Shown: positions 1 through 11,565, counted from the first letter of the stretch. The stretch is DNA of 64,000 nucleotides from Oopsacas minuta (GCA_024704765.1 JAKMXF010000144.1:558001-622000); one strand, 5' to 3'. Notes: generated by a model not told the origin, from the letters alone. Numbers and translations are program-made.

Positions 1-2457
1 ATTTACAGAATACCGCCTCTCTACAGGCTTATTTTCTTCCTGTGCATACTCCTCAGGGTTAGATAAAGACCTGGATCTTCTGAAAACTGTTTTCAAATCT
101 AGCTGTAAATCTTTCTTCATCTCTTCTATATCAGGAGTAGATGATAAGGGAGAGGTTACGGATCCAACTGTTATATCAAATGAGTTCACAGATCCAACTG
201 TTATATCAAATGAGTTTACAGGTGAAGAAATTACATTAGTGTGTCCGTTGATGCCTACCATTGTACCAGACTTTTTTATCGGATGAGGTTTCCCGTTATT
301 TATAGTATTCGCCCTGTGGCAGCCAGATATAGTCTGTTCTTGATCCGCACTTTTCCCTCTATACGATTTACTGCGAGAATAAGACGAATGAGGATCTGGT
401 TCCTTTTCCACTAGATGTAAAACTATTTTACACTTTTCGAATAAACTACACCATTTCATGTCTGAACAAACTGAATATTTCAATGCTTTCTCTTCCCAAT
501 TTATGAAATCAAATCTTTGTGATTTTCTCGTTACTTCCTGTTTAGTAATGAACCCAGTTGTTACTTTAAGTTCGGTACCAATCCCAATCCAATCACTCCA
601 CTTCCCATTAAATGCACCATTTATTACAGTATTATCTTCTAACCTGAGTTCACCACTGCCGTTTATCCCCATTTCACCATTCAACCATCCTTCATAAGAT
701 CTCCCCGTCCCGTTAATAATGAATCCTCTCCCTGCAAGCAAATTCTCTCTGAATCGGCAGGAACAATACAGATCTCCAGTAGTGATTGTAAATCCCTGAC
801 CTTCTCTTATATCATCTTTCCACATACCGTGATAGCTCTTTTCAGCATCGGTTGCATTCTCAACACCAAAACCATTGCGTTTCCCATTCGCCCATTCACC
901 AATATACATGCTGTATTGATTATTCCGTGTCAGACTGAACTTTCCATATCCTTGTCTCTGACCTTTGGACCATTCTCCCTCGTAACGATCTCCATTAGCG
1001 TAACTTAGTATACCTTGTCCGTGGTATAGCCCTTCTTTAAAATTCCCGTCATAAACTTCCATCCGCTTACCTTCATTTTCAATTACGTGAGGTATTTTGA
1101 GCGATCCTGTTCCATGAAATAAACCTTTCCTAAAATAGCCTACATATAATTTCCCATCTGGCCAATTGCATGTTCCTCTCCCATTCTGTTTACCGTCTAC
1201 CCAAAACCCTATGTACTTAGCTCCCTGGTACTGCCCTAATTGGAAAACATACGCGGTTTTCCGTACTGGAGGAGGCCATAGCAAGCTAGAGGTAGATTCT
1301 ATACGTTTGTTAGTAATCTCTTGTCTTGGTGCACCAAGATAATCTATTGTAGCCTCGTTTATGGCTTTCACCCAGTAATCTCTATCATCTTGACTGTTAC
1401 ATTGTAGCACAAGGTGAGCTTCAGGTGAGATTAGTTGGATCTGTAGACGAGATTCAGGTTTTGACTTTCCTGCATACACCCACAGTAGTGTTAATGGAAG
1501 AGTTTGGGCGTCGTAGTTGCCCATAAAATCTATCGTGTATTTTAGAAGAGAGTCTTGGAACAATACAAATCCTATTGTATGACTAGACCATTTGACGTAG
1601 TTCAGTTTCCTATCTTTGCTTGTGAGAATTATTAACTTTTTAATACTTTTAACTTCCAAACAGTTTAAAAGTTTAGGATGTTCATTCCAGAACTTTCTGG
1701 TCACTTCAACTTGATTATGGAGGTTTCTTTTCCGCTCAGTGAGTCTAGCAAGTTTATCACAACTCATCTTGAAGTCTGACTCATTTTTTTCCGTGTGTGT
1801 ACCCATAGAAACGTAGAGTTCATTGGATAGGACAACGATTGAGGCTCGCTCCTCGTGGAATATCAATAATAGACTGGAGAGTTTTAGAGAAAGTTTAGCG
1901 TTCGAACTTTCCTTGTGTGATGAACCTTCTAATGAGTGGTTACAGAACTCTGCAAATTCTGTGTAACCTCTTTCAATAATTTCATGTGCACTTGGCAGTT
2001 TTGCGACTTCCTCAAATGCTTCGAATGCGTCTGCTTCTGCATAAGCTACGAGATATTCCTCCCATGCTTTTATAGTGGCAGTCAGACAAGACGCGCAGTT
2101 TATGAATATTCTCCTTTCCTCAGCGATCGCTGTGTTTTTGAAATACATCACTGAGTATTTATGGAACTTCACTACCATCTCTTCTACCACTATCAAATGG
2201 CTGCAGATACGTTTTACACATCTAAGTCCATGTGTTTCTGAGCTCAAACTTAGGATAATATCCTGAATTGGAATTACAAGGTTTTGTTTTAGATTAGTGA
2301 GTACTCGTGTATAAGTGTTCAGTTCTTCAAGCTCAATATCTATACGACTGCCTCTGTCTAATTCGGTCTCTATAGGTGTGTAAGCGAAATGTTCCTCATT
2401 AAACTCAAGCTGGCTCATTCTCACCAAATTAATGCTTCTATCTTTCCTCAAACTCAT
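1..2457 (-). CDS. Alsin C-terminal-like protein (DH/PH-like region + MORN repeats); 3' end runs off the window
   Basis: Manual translation from ATG 2457 (or in-frame ATG 2418) is open to base 1, so it is missing from the ORF track. PH-like segment (TLPLTLLWV...QLISPE...CNSQDDRDYWVKAINEA) followed by MORN repeats (YIGFWVDGKQNGRGTCNWPDGKLYVGYFRKGLFHGTG; YEGEWSKGQRQGYG). Order matches ALS2/ALS2CL; a VPS9 domain would lie beyond the window. Confidence 0.75.
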   Translation of the reverse strand, partial: MSLRKDRSINLVRMSQLEFNEEHFAYTPIETELDRGSRIDIELEELNTYTRVLTNLKQNLVIPIQDIILSLSSETHGLRCVKRICSHLIVVEEMVVKFHKYSVMYFKNTAIAEERRIFINCASCLTATIKAWEEYLVAYAEADAFEAFEEVAKLPSAHEIIERGYTEFAEFCNHSLEGSSHKESSNAKLSLKLSSLLLIFHEERASIVVLSNELYVSMGTHTEKNESDFKMSCDKLARLTERKRNLHNQVEVTRKFWNEHPKLLNCLEVKSIKKLIILTSKDRKLNYVKWSSHTIGFVLFQDSLLKYTIDFMGNYDAQTLPLTLLWVYAGKSKPESRLQIQLISPEAHLVLQCNSQDDRDYWVKAINEATIDYLGAPRQEITNKRIESTSSLLWPPPVRKTAYVFQLGQYQGAKYIGFWVDGKQNGRGTCNWPDGKLYVGYFRKGLFHGTGSLKIPHVIENEGKRMEVYDGNFKEGLYHGQGILSYANGDRYEGEWSKGQRQGYGKFSLTRNNQYSMYIGEWANGKRNGFGVENATDAEKSYHGMWKDDIREGQGFTITTGDLYCSCRFRENLLAGRGFIINGTGRSYEGWLNGEMGINGSGELRLEDNTVINGAFNGKWSDWIGIGTELKVTTGFITKQEVTRKSQRFDFINWEEKALKYSVCSDMKWCSLFEKCKIVLHLVEKEPDPHSSYSRSKSYRGKSADQEQTISGCHRANTINNGKPHPIKKSGTMVGINGHTNVISSPVNSFDITVGSVNSFDITVGSVTSPLSSTPDIEEMKKDLQLDLKTVFRRSRSLSNPEEYAQEENKPVERRYSVN
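161..220. repeat. 30-bp tandem duplication inside the ALS2CL-like CDS
   Basis: gatccaactgttatatcaaatgagtt(c/t)aca x2, in frame (VNSFDITVGS x2 on the minus strand). Confidence 0.9.
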
Positions 2458-3105
2458 TTCTCCTGGTTACACTAATATATAGCCTGACTTAGTTATAATC
2501 GTAAATCAGTGCACTTCTCATATATTTATACATAAACTTTATTGCTTATGAAACTGGTTTTCCATTTGTTAGTCAACTAGGCTTCCAATTTCAATGAAGT
2601 AAGGGGATACTGCCATGCCATAGGGTATTACAGTATATTCTTTACAGGATTTTAAAATTATGCGTATTGGGGTTCAGTAAATTAGTAGTCTCCCAGCATT
2701 TATGTTGTTGCATCACATCAAATGCTGGTTTTATATACATATATATACACATATAACTGATTATCTAATGGCATAACCATGTGTTTTGCATGTATACTTC
2801 CTAATCATGTACTGACAAACGTCAGTGGCATTCTTCTCAGCTAGCAGCTAATGCCATCCTACCAAGATCAAGTTGCATTATTCGAATTCTTTTCAGCTCT
2901 TTGCAATTTGGCATCTAATTTCATTCATGCTAAATATAATTCTACAAGTATTACTGAAAATTACTGATTATATAATTCTCCTCTAATAATTGACAACATT
3001 ATATGTTCCGTGAGCTTATAACTTATACAGAGAAGTGACATAATAATATATACAGAATTTTTATAATATTGTGACATGTAAATGTAATCAATGCATTGAT
3101 GTATA

Positions 3106-3272
3106 CAGTGGAACCTCGTTAATACGAACATGGTTAGTACCAATTTCCTAGTAAGACGAACACATATTTATGGAGAATCAGGTCCCTACAATGCCAGTCA
3201 ACTAGTATTACTCCGGATAACGCGAACAAATTTTGACGGTCCGTTGGTGTTCGTATTAACGAGGTTACACTG
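3106..3272. mobile_element. MITE, Tc1/mariner-pogo(Tigger)-like, 167 bp
   Basis: TIRs cagtggaacctcgttaatacgaac / gttcgtattaacgaggttacactg (1 mismatch in 24); TA on the left flank, right flank gta. Confidence 0.8.
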
Positions 3273-3331
3273 GTACTTATGATCTCTCTTCAGTATAAAC
3301 ACTGGATTGGTGGTACAGTGTAAAATCAGGT

Positions 3332-6300
3332 TTGATCATCGCAAAGAATTTCATAACAGATAATAATATCAAAGAACCAGAGATTCACCTAGAGAGAAAT
3401 AAGAAATCTACTATATTCGAAAATCCACGAGGGTCTCCTGAAGGAGCCGAAAAAGAAGAATTTGTTCCAGTAATTGTGGATAGTGCTGATACTACAGTTA
3501 ATACAGATAGTACAATGGCTAACAGTAATGAAAGGAATGATTGGAGAACAAGAAAACGTTCTCCAGATGACCAATATGCAACATTTGTGCATACTGGGGC
3601 CCCCAACTATAGAGGCAGGGGAAGAAAGAAAAATAAAAAAGCATATAGTGACAGATATGGAGGTCACCGGGAATATTACTATGATCATGAAGAAAACTAT
3701 TATTATGACAGTAGAAGATATAGCTACGATAACGGTGTATATCATGATAGATTTGATAATCAGCATAATAAGCAGGGGAATAAAGATAAGGATAAGAAGA
3801 AACAGAGGCCTAATTCTTGTAGCACAGTTAGAATAGATGAAGATGGAAACCTATCCGACACTTCTACTCAAAGTGAACCTCCGTATAACGAAAGAAATAA
3901 TGTACAAGGAAAAATCCCATTCTCTAAAATTACTGGAGAAGTGAGAACTAAGGATAAAAGAGATATTCCACCCAAAGAGACCAGAGCTAATGAAAATAGA
4001 TCAGCTCAGCAAAGAGATAATACATCTAAAGGTGATGAAAATGATGGGAAAGGGAAGCTAGTTAAGACAGTAAATGATAATCCTAGTTCTGCCACAAACA
4101 AGGAGTCGAAGAAAATTATAGCTGCCTCTAAGACTAATACCAGTGGCAGTACTGCTGCCAACAAGGGCACTACTGTGCAGCTAGAACTGGCACAAAATAA
4201 AGTATCCGACAGTCCAAATCTTCCTGTACAAACTATGACTCAACCCACACCTATTTCCCCTCCTACTGCTCCACCGACACCTCCTATTCCTCCTACTGCT
4301 TCTCCTAAGACTAAACCAACTCAATCTCCAAGCTCCTCAAATACTACACTGCCTACTTCGACCATCGAAAAGAATGCTAATAAACATGTTGAAACATCAA
4401 ATAACCCCCCGAATAAAGAAGTTTCTATTGATAGTAAAAATTCTTCTCTACCCTCAAATCATACCTCTCCTCCAAAAACAAATACACCAGTAAAGCCTGC
4501 AGAAAATTCCTCTGATAACAATCAATCTAAAATACAGTCTAATAAGGTAATAAATACACAAGATGGATTATATACAATACCTCCTAAAAGACAGGAACCA
4601 ACTACAGATATTCCTCCGAAAGCACCAGATGATCCTCCTCCCCCAGTGTCTGGTAATCTTAATCCTGCTTATATACATACAGATAACGAATCTGACCAAC
4701 TATCGCCAAATGACGAATCCAATCCTCAAATGAACGAACCTACACCAAATAATCCTGAACCTACTAAACTAGAGAATCCGAAAAGCATATCTCCTCCTAC
4801 TAATATTTCCTCTAATGCTACTAATGTAACCGACTCTCAACAACCTTCATTATTTTCCACGTCAGGTGAATCCTATTTTAACTCATCTAACATTAATACT
4901 GGTGCTGGTATAGGACCCAATCCGTTTATGACTACACAAGAGGATCCTGGAGTCAACTCAGATACAAATATAGTTTCTATCTTTCCAAAACCCACTGTAG
5001 AACCTGTTACTCAACCTAATAGTGTTCCAAAAGAGTCTAGTTTACATTCTAACACCTTACAGACGATAGTTCCGATAGCTGTGGAAGATATAACAGAAGC
5101 CCATACAAATCAGAATTCTATTAATACACGACCATCTCAAGGTAATCTAACACCTCAACAATGTGCTATAGATCCATCTTCTACAATTTCAGCTTCTACC
5201 AAATCTTTGGTTTCTCAAGATACAAGTTTATTACCTGATAGTATGTCAAACGAGGATCCACCTCTCGAAGTGAAAGTAAAATCACTAACTGAAGAATTAG
5301 AAGCAACGAAAAATATAATCAGTGAATTTGAAACTAAAGAAAAAAACTCTTTGAGTGAATTTCAAAGAATTATAGATGAGAATGTTCGCATTACTAAAGA
5401 GCTAGAACAAAAGAAAACGGATATTCTTACAAAAGATCAAGATAAACAAAAGGTGTCAGACGAATTGCAAACAGAAAAACAACAGGTCATTAAACTAGCA
5501 GGTGAGAAGAAGAAAACGGTTGATGAATTGAAAGCCTCTAAAAAGGAATATGATAACCTCAAAACACAAGTACAACAATCTTCAATTGATCAAGCAACTA
5601 TTATAAGTGAACATCAAAGAGAAAACCAGCAGCTAACTGAAAAAATAACTAACCTCGAATCTAAATCTAAGAAAGTTGCAAAAGATCTTACAGATAAGGA
5701 AAAACAAATAACTCGATTAAAAGAATCTCATCTAATCGAAATTACAGAACTGAAAAAAGCAATGGATTCAGTCGCTGGAGACTCAGAAGCACTTTCTGGG
5801 ATGGAAAAGAATATTAAAGAAAAAGATATTGAACTGGAACAGGTTAAAAAAGAATTGCAAACAGTTCGAAAAGACAAGAATCGATTGGAAAGTGAGAGTA
5901 AGGACAAAATCCAGGAAATAAATCAATTGAAACAACAGCTAGGACAATTGGACAAAGAGCAAGCTAATTTGAAAGAGAATATTTCCCAACTAGAAAGAGA
6001 GATTGATGAAAACACAGCTATAATGAAATCGTCCGTTGATATAGAACTATTATCTAAGATAGAAGAGGTTTTTATCGGTTTGAGTAGCCAGAATCCTCCG
6101 TCTGAATACGCACTTGGGTCTCCAGACCGTGTAGAATGGTTAGTAGCAAGTTTGACTTCTTGGAATGCTGATCTTCTGGGTAAGATCTCAACTAATGAAA
6201 GTTTGCTGTTTGAAAAACAAACAGAAATCGATTCGAACAAAGAAGAACTGCAAACTATTCAAAATTATCTGCAAGAACAAATGCCTACTAACAAAGGTTC

Positions 6301-7588
6301 TAGCATGACTAGCTTAACAGATAGGCCGTTGAATTTAATCCAAATTATATCTGATAAAATGGAACAACTTTCAAAAGCAAACGAGTCAATACAGAAAATA
6401 GAAAGTGACAAGCAAACCATGGAGATTCAGATTCAAGACATACGTCAGCATTACAATAATGAAGACAGCAAGAATGATCAGTTGATGAAGGATAACGCAG
6501 CATTAGAGAGACAAATACAAACCTTAATTAGCGAGAAAGAAGAACTTGAAGTGAAGAATGTAGAGCTAATCAATGAGCTCTGTGAGTTACGAGATGGATC
6601 TGGGAACTTCAATAATCCCCAGTCACAAGCTATTAACAAGTTTCCTTCTCATGTGCAGGAGGCATACAATCCTAGACCCTCTCCACTCTATTTGGAATCT
6701 ACATCACCTTTTCCCTTCGATTCCCCTGCTTCTCCTCCTCCCACTGCTTTCTCCTCCCTAACACAAGGACACAGATCAACCTTACAGAAGGCAGCTGATG
6801 AATTAAGTCACTTGAAAGTGAAACTATGGGAATCAGAGGCTGAGAATAGTAAGCTCCGTGAACAAATGGCCGTTCGTAACCGAGACCCTACTCTTCCTGC
6901 TACCATATCTTCTGATGCAGAGAATGCATTCCAAGCAGTATTCGAAGCTAATCAGTCAAATCTTCTAAAACTCTCTGAGAGTCTTAGAGAGAAAGATATG
7001 CTATATAAGGACGTTGAGTTCCTACGTCAGCGAACCGAAGATTTAGAGAAAAACATTGAAAGACATAAAGTATCGATTGAAGTGAAAGAAGTTGCATATA
7101 AAGAGCTGTACACAGAATGTCGTGATTGGGAGCGGAAGTACAAAAAATGTGGTCAGGTACACCACGAAATGGAACGTGTAAAGAGACAGATTATGCGTAA
7201 AGAAGCCGATACACAGGAATGCGCTACCCTAAGAGCAGAGCGTCTTAACCAACAGACAACACTAGACAACCTCCTTGCTGAGCTACAAGAAAGGAAGAAA
7301 ATTGAACAAAATCTGAAAATAGAGAATCATAATTTGCGTTCAAGACTCGATGAATGTCTCAAACTCATATCTGGCATGCAGCTTCATATCCAAGAGCAAT
7401 TTGATCATAAGAATCTACAGTCTGAAGAACCGCCTCATAAGCCCCCTCCTCAGCCTCAACAAGAACCTCGCCCTGTCTCCCCTATCATCTTGAAACCTCC
7501 TTCAATGTCTTCAATTCCGCTATCTCCTCCCACAAGACAGCCGGCTACGAAGGGGCATCCTCCTATCCTCTACCCCCCTAAGTCATAA
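3332..7588 (+). CDS. Large low-complexity/coiled-coil protein (~1360-1420 aa), function unknown
   Basis: 4.26-kb open frame: basic/Tyr-rich N-terminus, Pro/Ser/Thr-rich middle, long heptad region, Pro-rich tail. ORF start 3332 is TTG; first ATG is 3515, so the true start is uncertain. Confidence 0.8.
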   Translation: MIIAKNFITDNNIKEPEIHLERNKKSTIFENPRGSPEGAEKEEFVPVIVDSADTTVNTDSTMANSNERNDWRTRKRSPDDQYATFVHTGAPNYRGRGRKKNKKAYSDRYGGHREYYYDHEENYYYDSRRYSYDNGVYHDRFDNQHNKQGNKDKDKKKQRPNSCSTVRIDEDGNLSDTSTQSEPPYNERNNVQGKIPFSKITGEVRTKDKRDIPPKETRANENRSAQQRDNTSKGDENDGKGKLVKTVNDNPSSATNKESKKIIAASKTNTSGSTAANKGTTVQLELAQNKVSDSPNLPVQTMTQPTPISPPTAPPTPPIPPTASPKTKPTQSPSSSNTTLPTSTIEKNANKHVETSNNPPNKEVSIDSKNSSLPSNHTSPPKTNTPVKPAENSSDNNQSKIQSNKVINTQDGLYTIPPKRQEPTTDIPPKAPDDPPPPVSGNLNPAYIHTDNESDQLSPNDESNPQMNEPTPNNPEPTKLENPKSISPPTNISSNATNVTDSQQPSLFSTSGESYFNSSNINTGAGIGPNPFMTTQEDPGVNSDTNIVSIFPKPTVEPVTQPNSVPKESSLHSNTLQTIVPIAVEDITEAHTNQNSINTRPSQGNLTPQQCAIDPSSTISASTKSLVSQDTSLLPDSMSNEDPPLEVKVKSLTEELEATKNIISEFETKEKNSLSEFQRIIDENVRITKELEQKKTDILTKDQDKQKVSDELQTEKQQVIKLAGEKKKTVDELKASKKEYDNLKTQVQQSSIDQATIISEHQRENQQLTEKITNLESKSKKVAKDLTDKEKQITRLKESHLIEITELKKAMDSVAGDSEALSGMEKNIKEKDIELEQVKKELQTVRKDKNRLESESKDKIQEINQLKQQLGQLDKEQANLKENISQLEREIDENTAIMKSSVDIELLSKIEEVFIGLSSQNPPSEYALGSPDRVEWLVASLTSWNADLLGKISTNESLLFEKQTEIDSNKEELQTIQNYLQEQMPTNKGSSMTSLTDRPLNLIQIISDKMEQLSKANESIQKIESDKQTMEIQIQDIRQHYNNEDSKNDQLMKDNAALERQIQTLISEKEELEVKNVELINELCELRDGSGNFNNPQSQAINKFPSHVQEAYNPRPSPLYLESTSPFPFDSPASPPPTAFSSLTQGHRSTLQKAADELSHLKVKLWESEAENSKLREQMAVRNRDPTLPATISSDAENAFQAVFEANQSNLLKLSESLREKDMLYKDVEFLRQRTEDLEKNIERHKVSIEVKEVAYKELYTECRDWERKYKKCGQVHHEMERVKRQIMRKEADTQECATLRAERLNQQTTLDNLLAELQERKKIEQNLKIENHNLRSRLDECLKLISGMQLHIQEQFDHKNLQSEEPPHKPPPQPQQEPRPVSPIILKPPSMSSIPLSPPTRQPATKGHPPILYPPKS

Positions 7589-8149
7589 CTCCCTCTCACT
7601 ATTCTATTAGTTTGTAGTTCATTCGGCCTAATTTGATCATTTACACATCTCCAATTACCTTTCTAATCTAATATTATTTCAAACTACTTTTGTACACTCT
7701 GTCAGATTCTGTTTTCGAGTTACGTTGTTCAGTTCCTCATACACCCCTGTGTATGCTTCCCAGTTTATACCTCTAATTACACTCTGCATACACCCAATTG
7801 CTCGCTTTTTATTATGCTTATTAATTACTGTTAACTATTTTCGTAATTCAGAGTATTTTCGTAATTTCTCATAATATGAATACTTTATTATGTGTTTACT
7901 CGATCTAACTTTTAAGTACTTTCATTGATCTTACGTCACATATGTTGCGAAACCATAACACTTGCTTCAATCTGGCATCTTTGGATTGAAGTATTCTTTT
8001 CATTTCTATATGCGCCATTTCTTTCATTTATATGCGTTCCATGCGGGAACCAACATCTCATATTCTGAAGATATTTATACGAAAATCGAGTAGTTGCGTT
8101 ATCCCATTTCAGGAATATTGAGTAGTTTCGTTATTATTTAGTCATTTCC

Positions 8150-9631
8150 ATGTCTGAATTTCCTAAAAGCTCTAGACTTAAAAGGGAGAAAAATTCAAAT
8201 GACCTGAATACCCAAACATTTCAAAATTCACTACTTACAGCAGAACCCATTGATGAAATAATTATAGAGGAAACACGTGAGGAACCGTACTATTCAGCAT
8301 CATCACGCGAAAATTATAGAAAATTAGCAATGTTAGAAAGTCTGATTCGAGAAAAGGAGTGTGAGATAAAACGTATGGCTCATGATCATCAACTCACTTT
8401 ATCACAGGTATCATCACAAGCTGATTTCTACAAGAATCAATACAGTATTATGATGGAAGAATTACAGGGGGAAAACCGTGATTTCCGTGAAGCTAACATG
8501 CAGCTATCTGCTAATTATGAACATGCACTTGAGAATATTCAAAAAATGAATCTTAGAATACAAAAAGAAAGGGGCGAGTACGATTCAAGAGAGAAGAGAT
8601 GCGAAGAAATGTTAATAAAGAATCAAAACGACTCAAATTTGAGTAAGAAAGAGTTATGCAGACTACAAGATAGAGCTCAACTCCTCGACAAGGAATTACA
8701 AGAATCACGTTCAAGAGAAAACAATCTGAATAAAGAATTAACAAATCGAACACGTGCTCTATCTAATGTAGATTCACAATTACAAATATTGAAAGGAGAG
8801 AATCAGAATGTAGAATCCAAACTTGTAAATTCACTAAAAGAAATAGAAACATACAAAAGCTATCTGCTTGCCATCGAGAATCATTTCCATATTTCCTTCC
8901 CCAGAATTACACGTCCTCACTCTACTTCTCAATCCTTCCGTTTCGAATGGCTAGTAACTACAATGAGAGACTACACACAACAGTTATTAGCTGATCATCA
9001 ACAACTACAATCTAATGTCTCACGTATTGAGAAAGACAGAGATCTATTGAAGAGCGAACAATTCTCCATCTACAACTCTCTAATGCGAGAGATAGCAATT
9101 CTCCAGTTAGATAGTCAACTCAATGAGGATTCTAGCAATAGCATGCTACTACACTTACTGGTTACTAAACTCAAAGAGTCACTACAGAGCTCAGAATTAG
9201 GGATGATGGAGAAATCACAGGAAAATGAGTTTCTCAGTAAAGAAGTTGTTAACTTACAGATTTATGTAACTAGCTTGAAAGAAGACAAAGAAGATCTACA
9301 GCTCTCAAACACGCGATTAGAACAGATGAACAAAAAGTCACTCAGTCGTATTGATACTCTGCAGAAGGAAAATGCAAATTTCAGCAAACCAGACTACACA
9401 AACCCGACTCATGACGTCACCAACTTTGCGTCATCAAATTGCTACTCTCCCTCAAGACAGAGAGAACCAAACTCTATTATGAAATCTAAACAAGGACTAA
9501 GTAATGTAGAGAGAGATAAAATGTTCCTTCTATCTCAAGTAGAATCTCTAACCGACAGGCTGACTAACAGTAATGTCTTCCAATCTACACCAAAATATAA
9601 CTCCACCAGCAAACTGAGTACTTATGCCTAG
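8150..9631 (+). CDS. Coiled-coil protein, 493 aa, unknown function
   Basis: Single ATG-started ORF, E/K/L/Q-rich heptads. Confidence 0.8.
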   Translation: MSEFPKSSRLKREKNSNDLNTQTFQNSLLTAEPIDEIIIEETREEPYYSASSRENYRKLAMLESLIREKECEIKRMAHDHQLTLSQVSSQADFYKNQYSIMMEELQGENRDFREANMQLSANYEHALENIQKMNLRIQKERGEYDSREKRCEEMLIKNQNDSNLSKKELCRLQDRAQLLDKELQESRSRENNLNKELTNRTRALSNVDSQLQILKGENQNVESKLVNSLKEIETYKSYLLAIENHFHISFPRITRPHSTSQSFRFEWLVTTMRDYTQQLLADHQQLQSNVSRIEKDRDLLKSEQFSIYNSLMREIAILQLDSQLNEDSSNSMLLHLLVTKLKESLQSSELGMMEKSQENEFLSKEVVNLQIYVTSLKEDKEDLQLSNTRLEQMNKKSLSRIDTLQKENANFSKPDYTNPTHDVTNFASSNCYSPSRQREPNSIMKSKQGLSNVERDKMFLLSQVESLTDRLTNSNVFQSTPKYNSTSKLSTYA

Positions 9632-10052
9632 CTCATTCGGCAGTATTATCACTGTAGATCTTCTAATAACCAGTAAATCACTAAATCGAATCATTACTCA
9701 GAGTAGTTGAGATTTATACTTATTCAAATCGCGATCATTTGATTGTAGCACATTTATTATATTTGTCCATCTGGTTTAGTAATTGTTAATTTCCAATCTG
9801 TTCATTTCATGTATTTTACAATTATTGGATGATTATGCAGGATATCAGCTGATTATGATTAGTAGATTTTCCAACTAGTAAGGGTCTGGGGGTAATTATA
9901 TAATTATCCCAAATTGGACGGGGAATTTATTACTTTTTAGTTAAACATAATTGATGCCAAAGTTCGTGTAAATTTGTACATCTTACCGTCATATTAATAA
10001 ATTTTTGCTGTATTTTAATTCTTCGTTATTTCGCTAGCAAACAACGAAGATA

Positions 10053-11384
10053 ATGAACACTTCATCTACTCTTCTAAGCAAGAGCATAGGCCTACGCCAA
10101 ATGTTCTATTTGGTTCTGCCTAACGAGGCTAACTTTGAGTACTACAAACAAGTTCCCGAATACATCAATGCAGCATTACCCTACTTTACTGGCATGATAT
10201 TGGTTGAGTATATAATGTGTATATTTCTTAATGTGAGGAGACTTAGGATATCTGATGGTATCAGCTCTGCATCAGCTGGTTTGATGCAACAAATTCCTAA
10301 GTTGGTTATTAAATCGCTGGCATTCCCAATCTACCTCTGGGTTAATGAGAATTACAAACTGTACTCGTTTGAATGGGACAGCCCATTTACATGGTATATG
10401 TCATTTCTGTTATTGGACTTCGGTTACTATGTATTCCATAGACTTGCACATGAAGTGCATGTTGTATGGGGAGCACATCAGGTCCATCATAGCTCTGAAG
10501 ATTACAATCTAACTACAGCCTTGAGGCAATCCATGTTCCAACATTGCTTCAGTGAATGTCTCTACATACCTCTAGGCATGATAATACCTCCTTCCCATTA
10601 CATGATTCACGTCCAACTCAATACTCTATACCAATTCTGGATACACACAGAGTGTATTGATACTCTAGGCCCTTTAGAGTACATACTTAACACTCCTTCT
10701 CATCATAGAGTACATCATGGAAGGAATATCTACTGTATTGATAAGAATTATGCTGGCGTACTTATTATCTTTGATAAGATGTTTGGTACATTTGAAGCAG
10801 AGAGAAAGGCAGAACCTGTAGTATACGGCCTAGTTACACCTCTGGCTAGTTGGAATCCATTCTGGACACAGATATGTGTGTATGTGCATATGTTTAAACG
10901 TATGTATAACATAAAAGGTGTGAAGAATAAACTATCTGTCCTGTTAATGGGTCCCGGTTGGACCGAGGGGTCACCGAGACTAGGAGATCCTTCAAAATTA
11001 CCAGATATACGCGCTCCACAACCTCGATATGACAGGAATATCTCCAATGCTGTTTCTGTCTACGGTTTAATACATTTTGTGTTGATTATTGCAATGTTTG
11101 ACTTCTTTATTCGTAAACAGCAATATCTATCAGCTCTTTCTCTATCAGTTGGTATTTTATTAATCCTATTCTCTCTTCTCTGTTTTGGGTTCATATTTGA
11201 TGACAAAGAAGATGCTATCTCTTTTGAAATTACCAGATTGGTTACTGTATTTATTGGTACATTTATTGGTGAGAGATTCGATGCCTTGGATCCTAATACT
11301 GCTCTTATCATAAGATTTGTAATAATCGTATCTATCGGGTTTTGGGTCAGCAATCATTTTAATAAGAAGAAAAAAGTTGAATAA
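10053..11384 (+). CDS. AGMO: Alkylglycerol monooxygenase (fatty-acid hydroxylase family), intronless
   Basis: His boxes HRLAHE, HQVHHSSEDYNLTTALRQS, TPSHHRVHHGRN, IDKNYAGVLIIFDKMFGTF; C-terminal TM helices. Confidence 0.95.
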   Translation: MNTSSTLLSKSIGLRQMFYLVLPNEANFEYYKQVPEYINAALPYFTGMILVEYIMCIFLNVRRLRISDGISSASAGLMQQIPKLVIKSLAFPIYLWVNENYKLYSFEWDSPFTWYMSFLLLDFGYYVFHRLAHEVHVVWGAHQVHHSSEDYNLTTALRQSMFQHCFSECLYIPLGMIIPPSHYMIHVQLNTLYQFWIHTECIDTLGPLEYILNTPSHHRVHHGRNIYCIDKNYAGVLIIFDKMFGTFEAERKAEPVVYGLVTPLASWNPFWTQICVYVHMFKRMYNIKGVKNKLSVLLMGPGWTEGSPRLGDPSKLPDIRAPQPRYDRNISNAVSVYGLIHFVLIIAMFDFFIRKQQYLSALSLSVGILLILFSLLCFGFIFDDKEDAISFEITRLVTVFIGTFIGERFDALDPNTALIIRFVIIVSIGFWVSNHFNKKKKVE

Positions 11385-11565
11385 ATTCGCAGTAATTTGG
11401 ATATCCCACTATCTATGTATATTTATTTTGTCGTTAACTCTCTTATAAATATTTTCTTAACACGTCACTATGCCTGAATTCATAGTTTCTTCTCGAATTT
11501 GAATCGGTGAATTTTGTTTATTTGTATAATATGAGTTTGACACAGACAAATATGGAATAATATAA

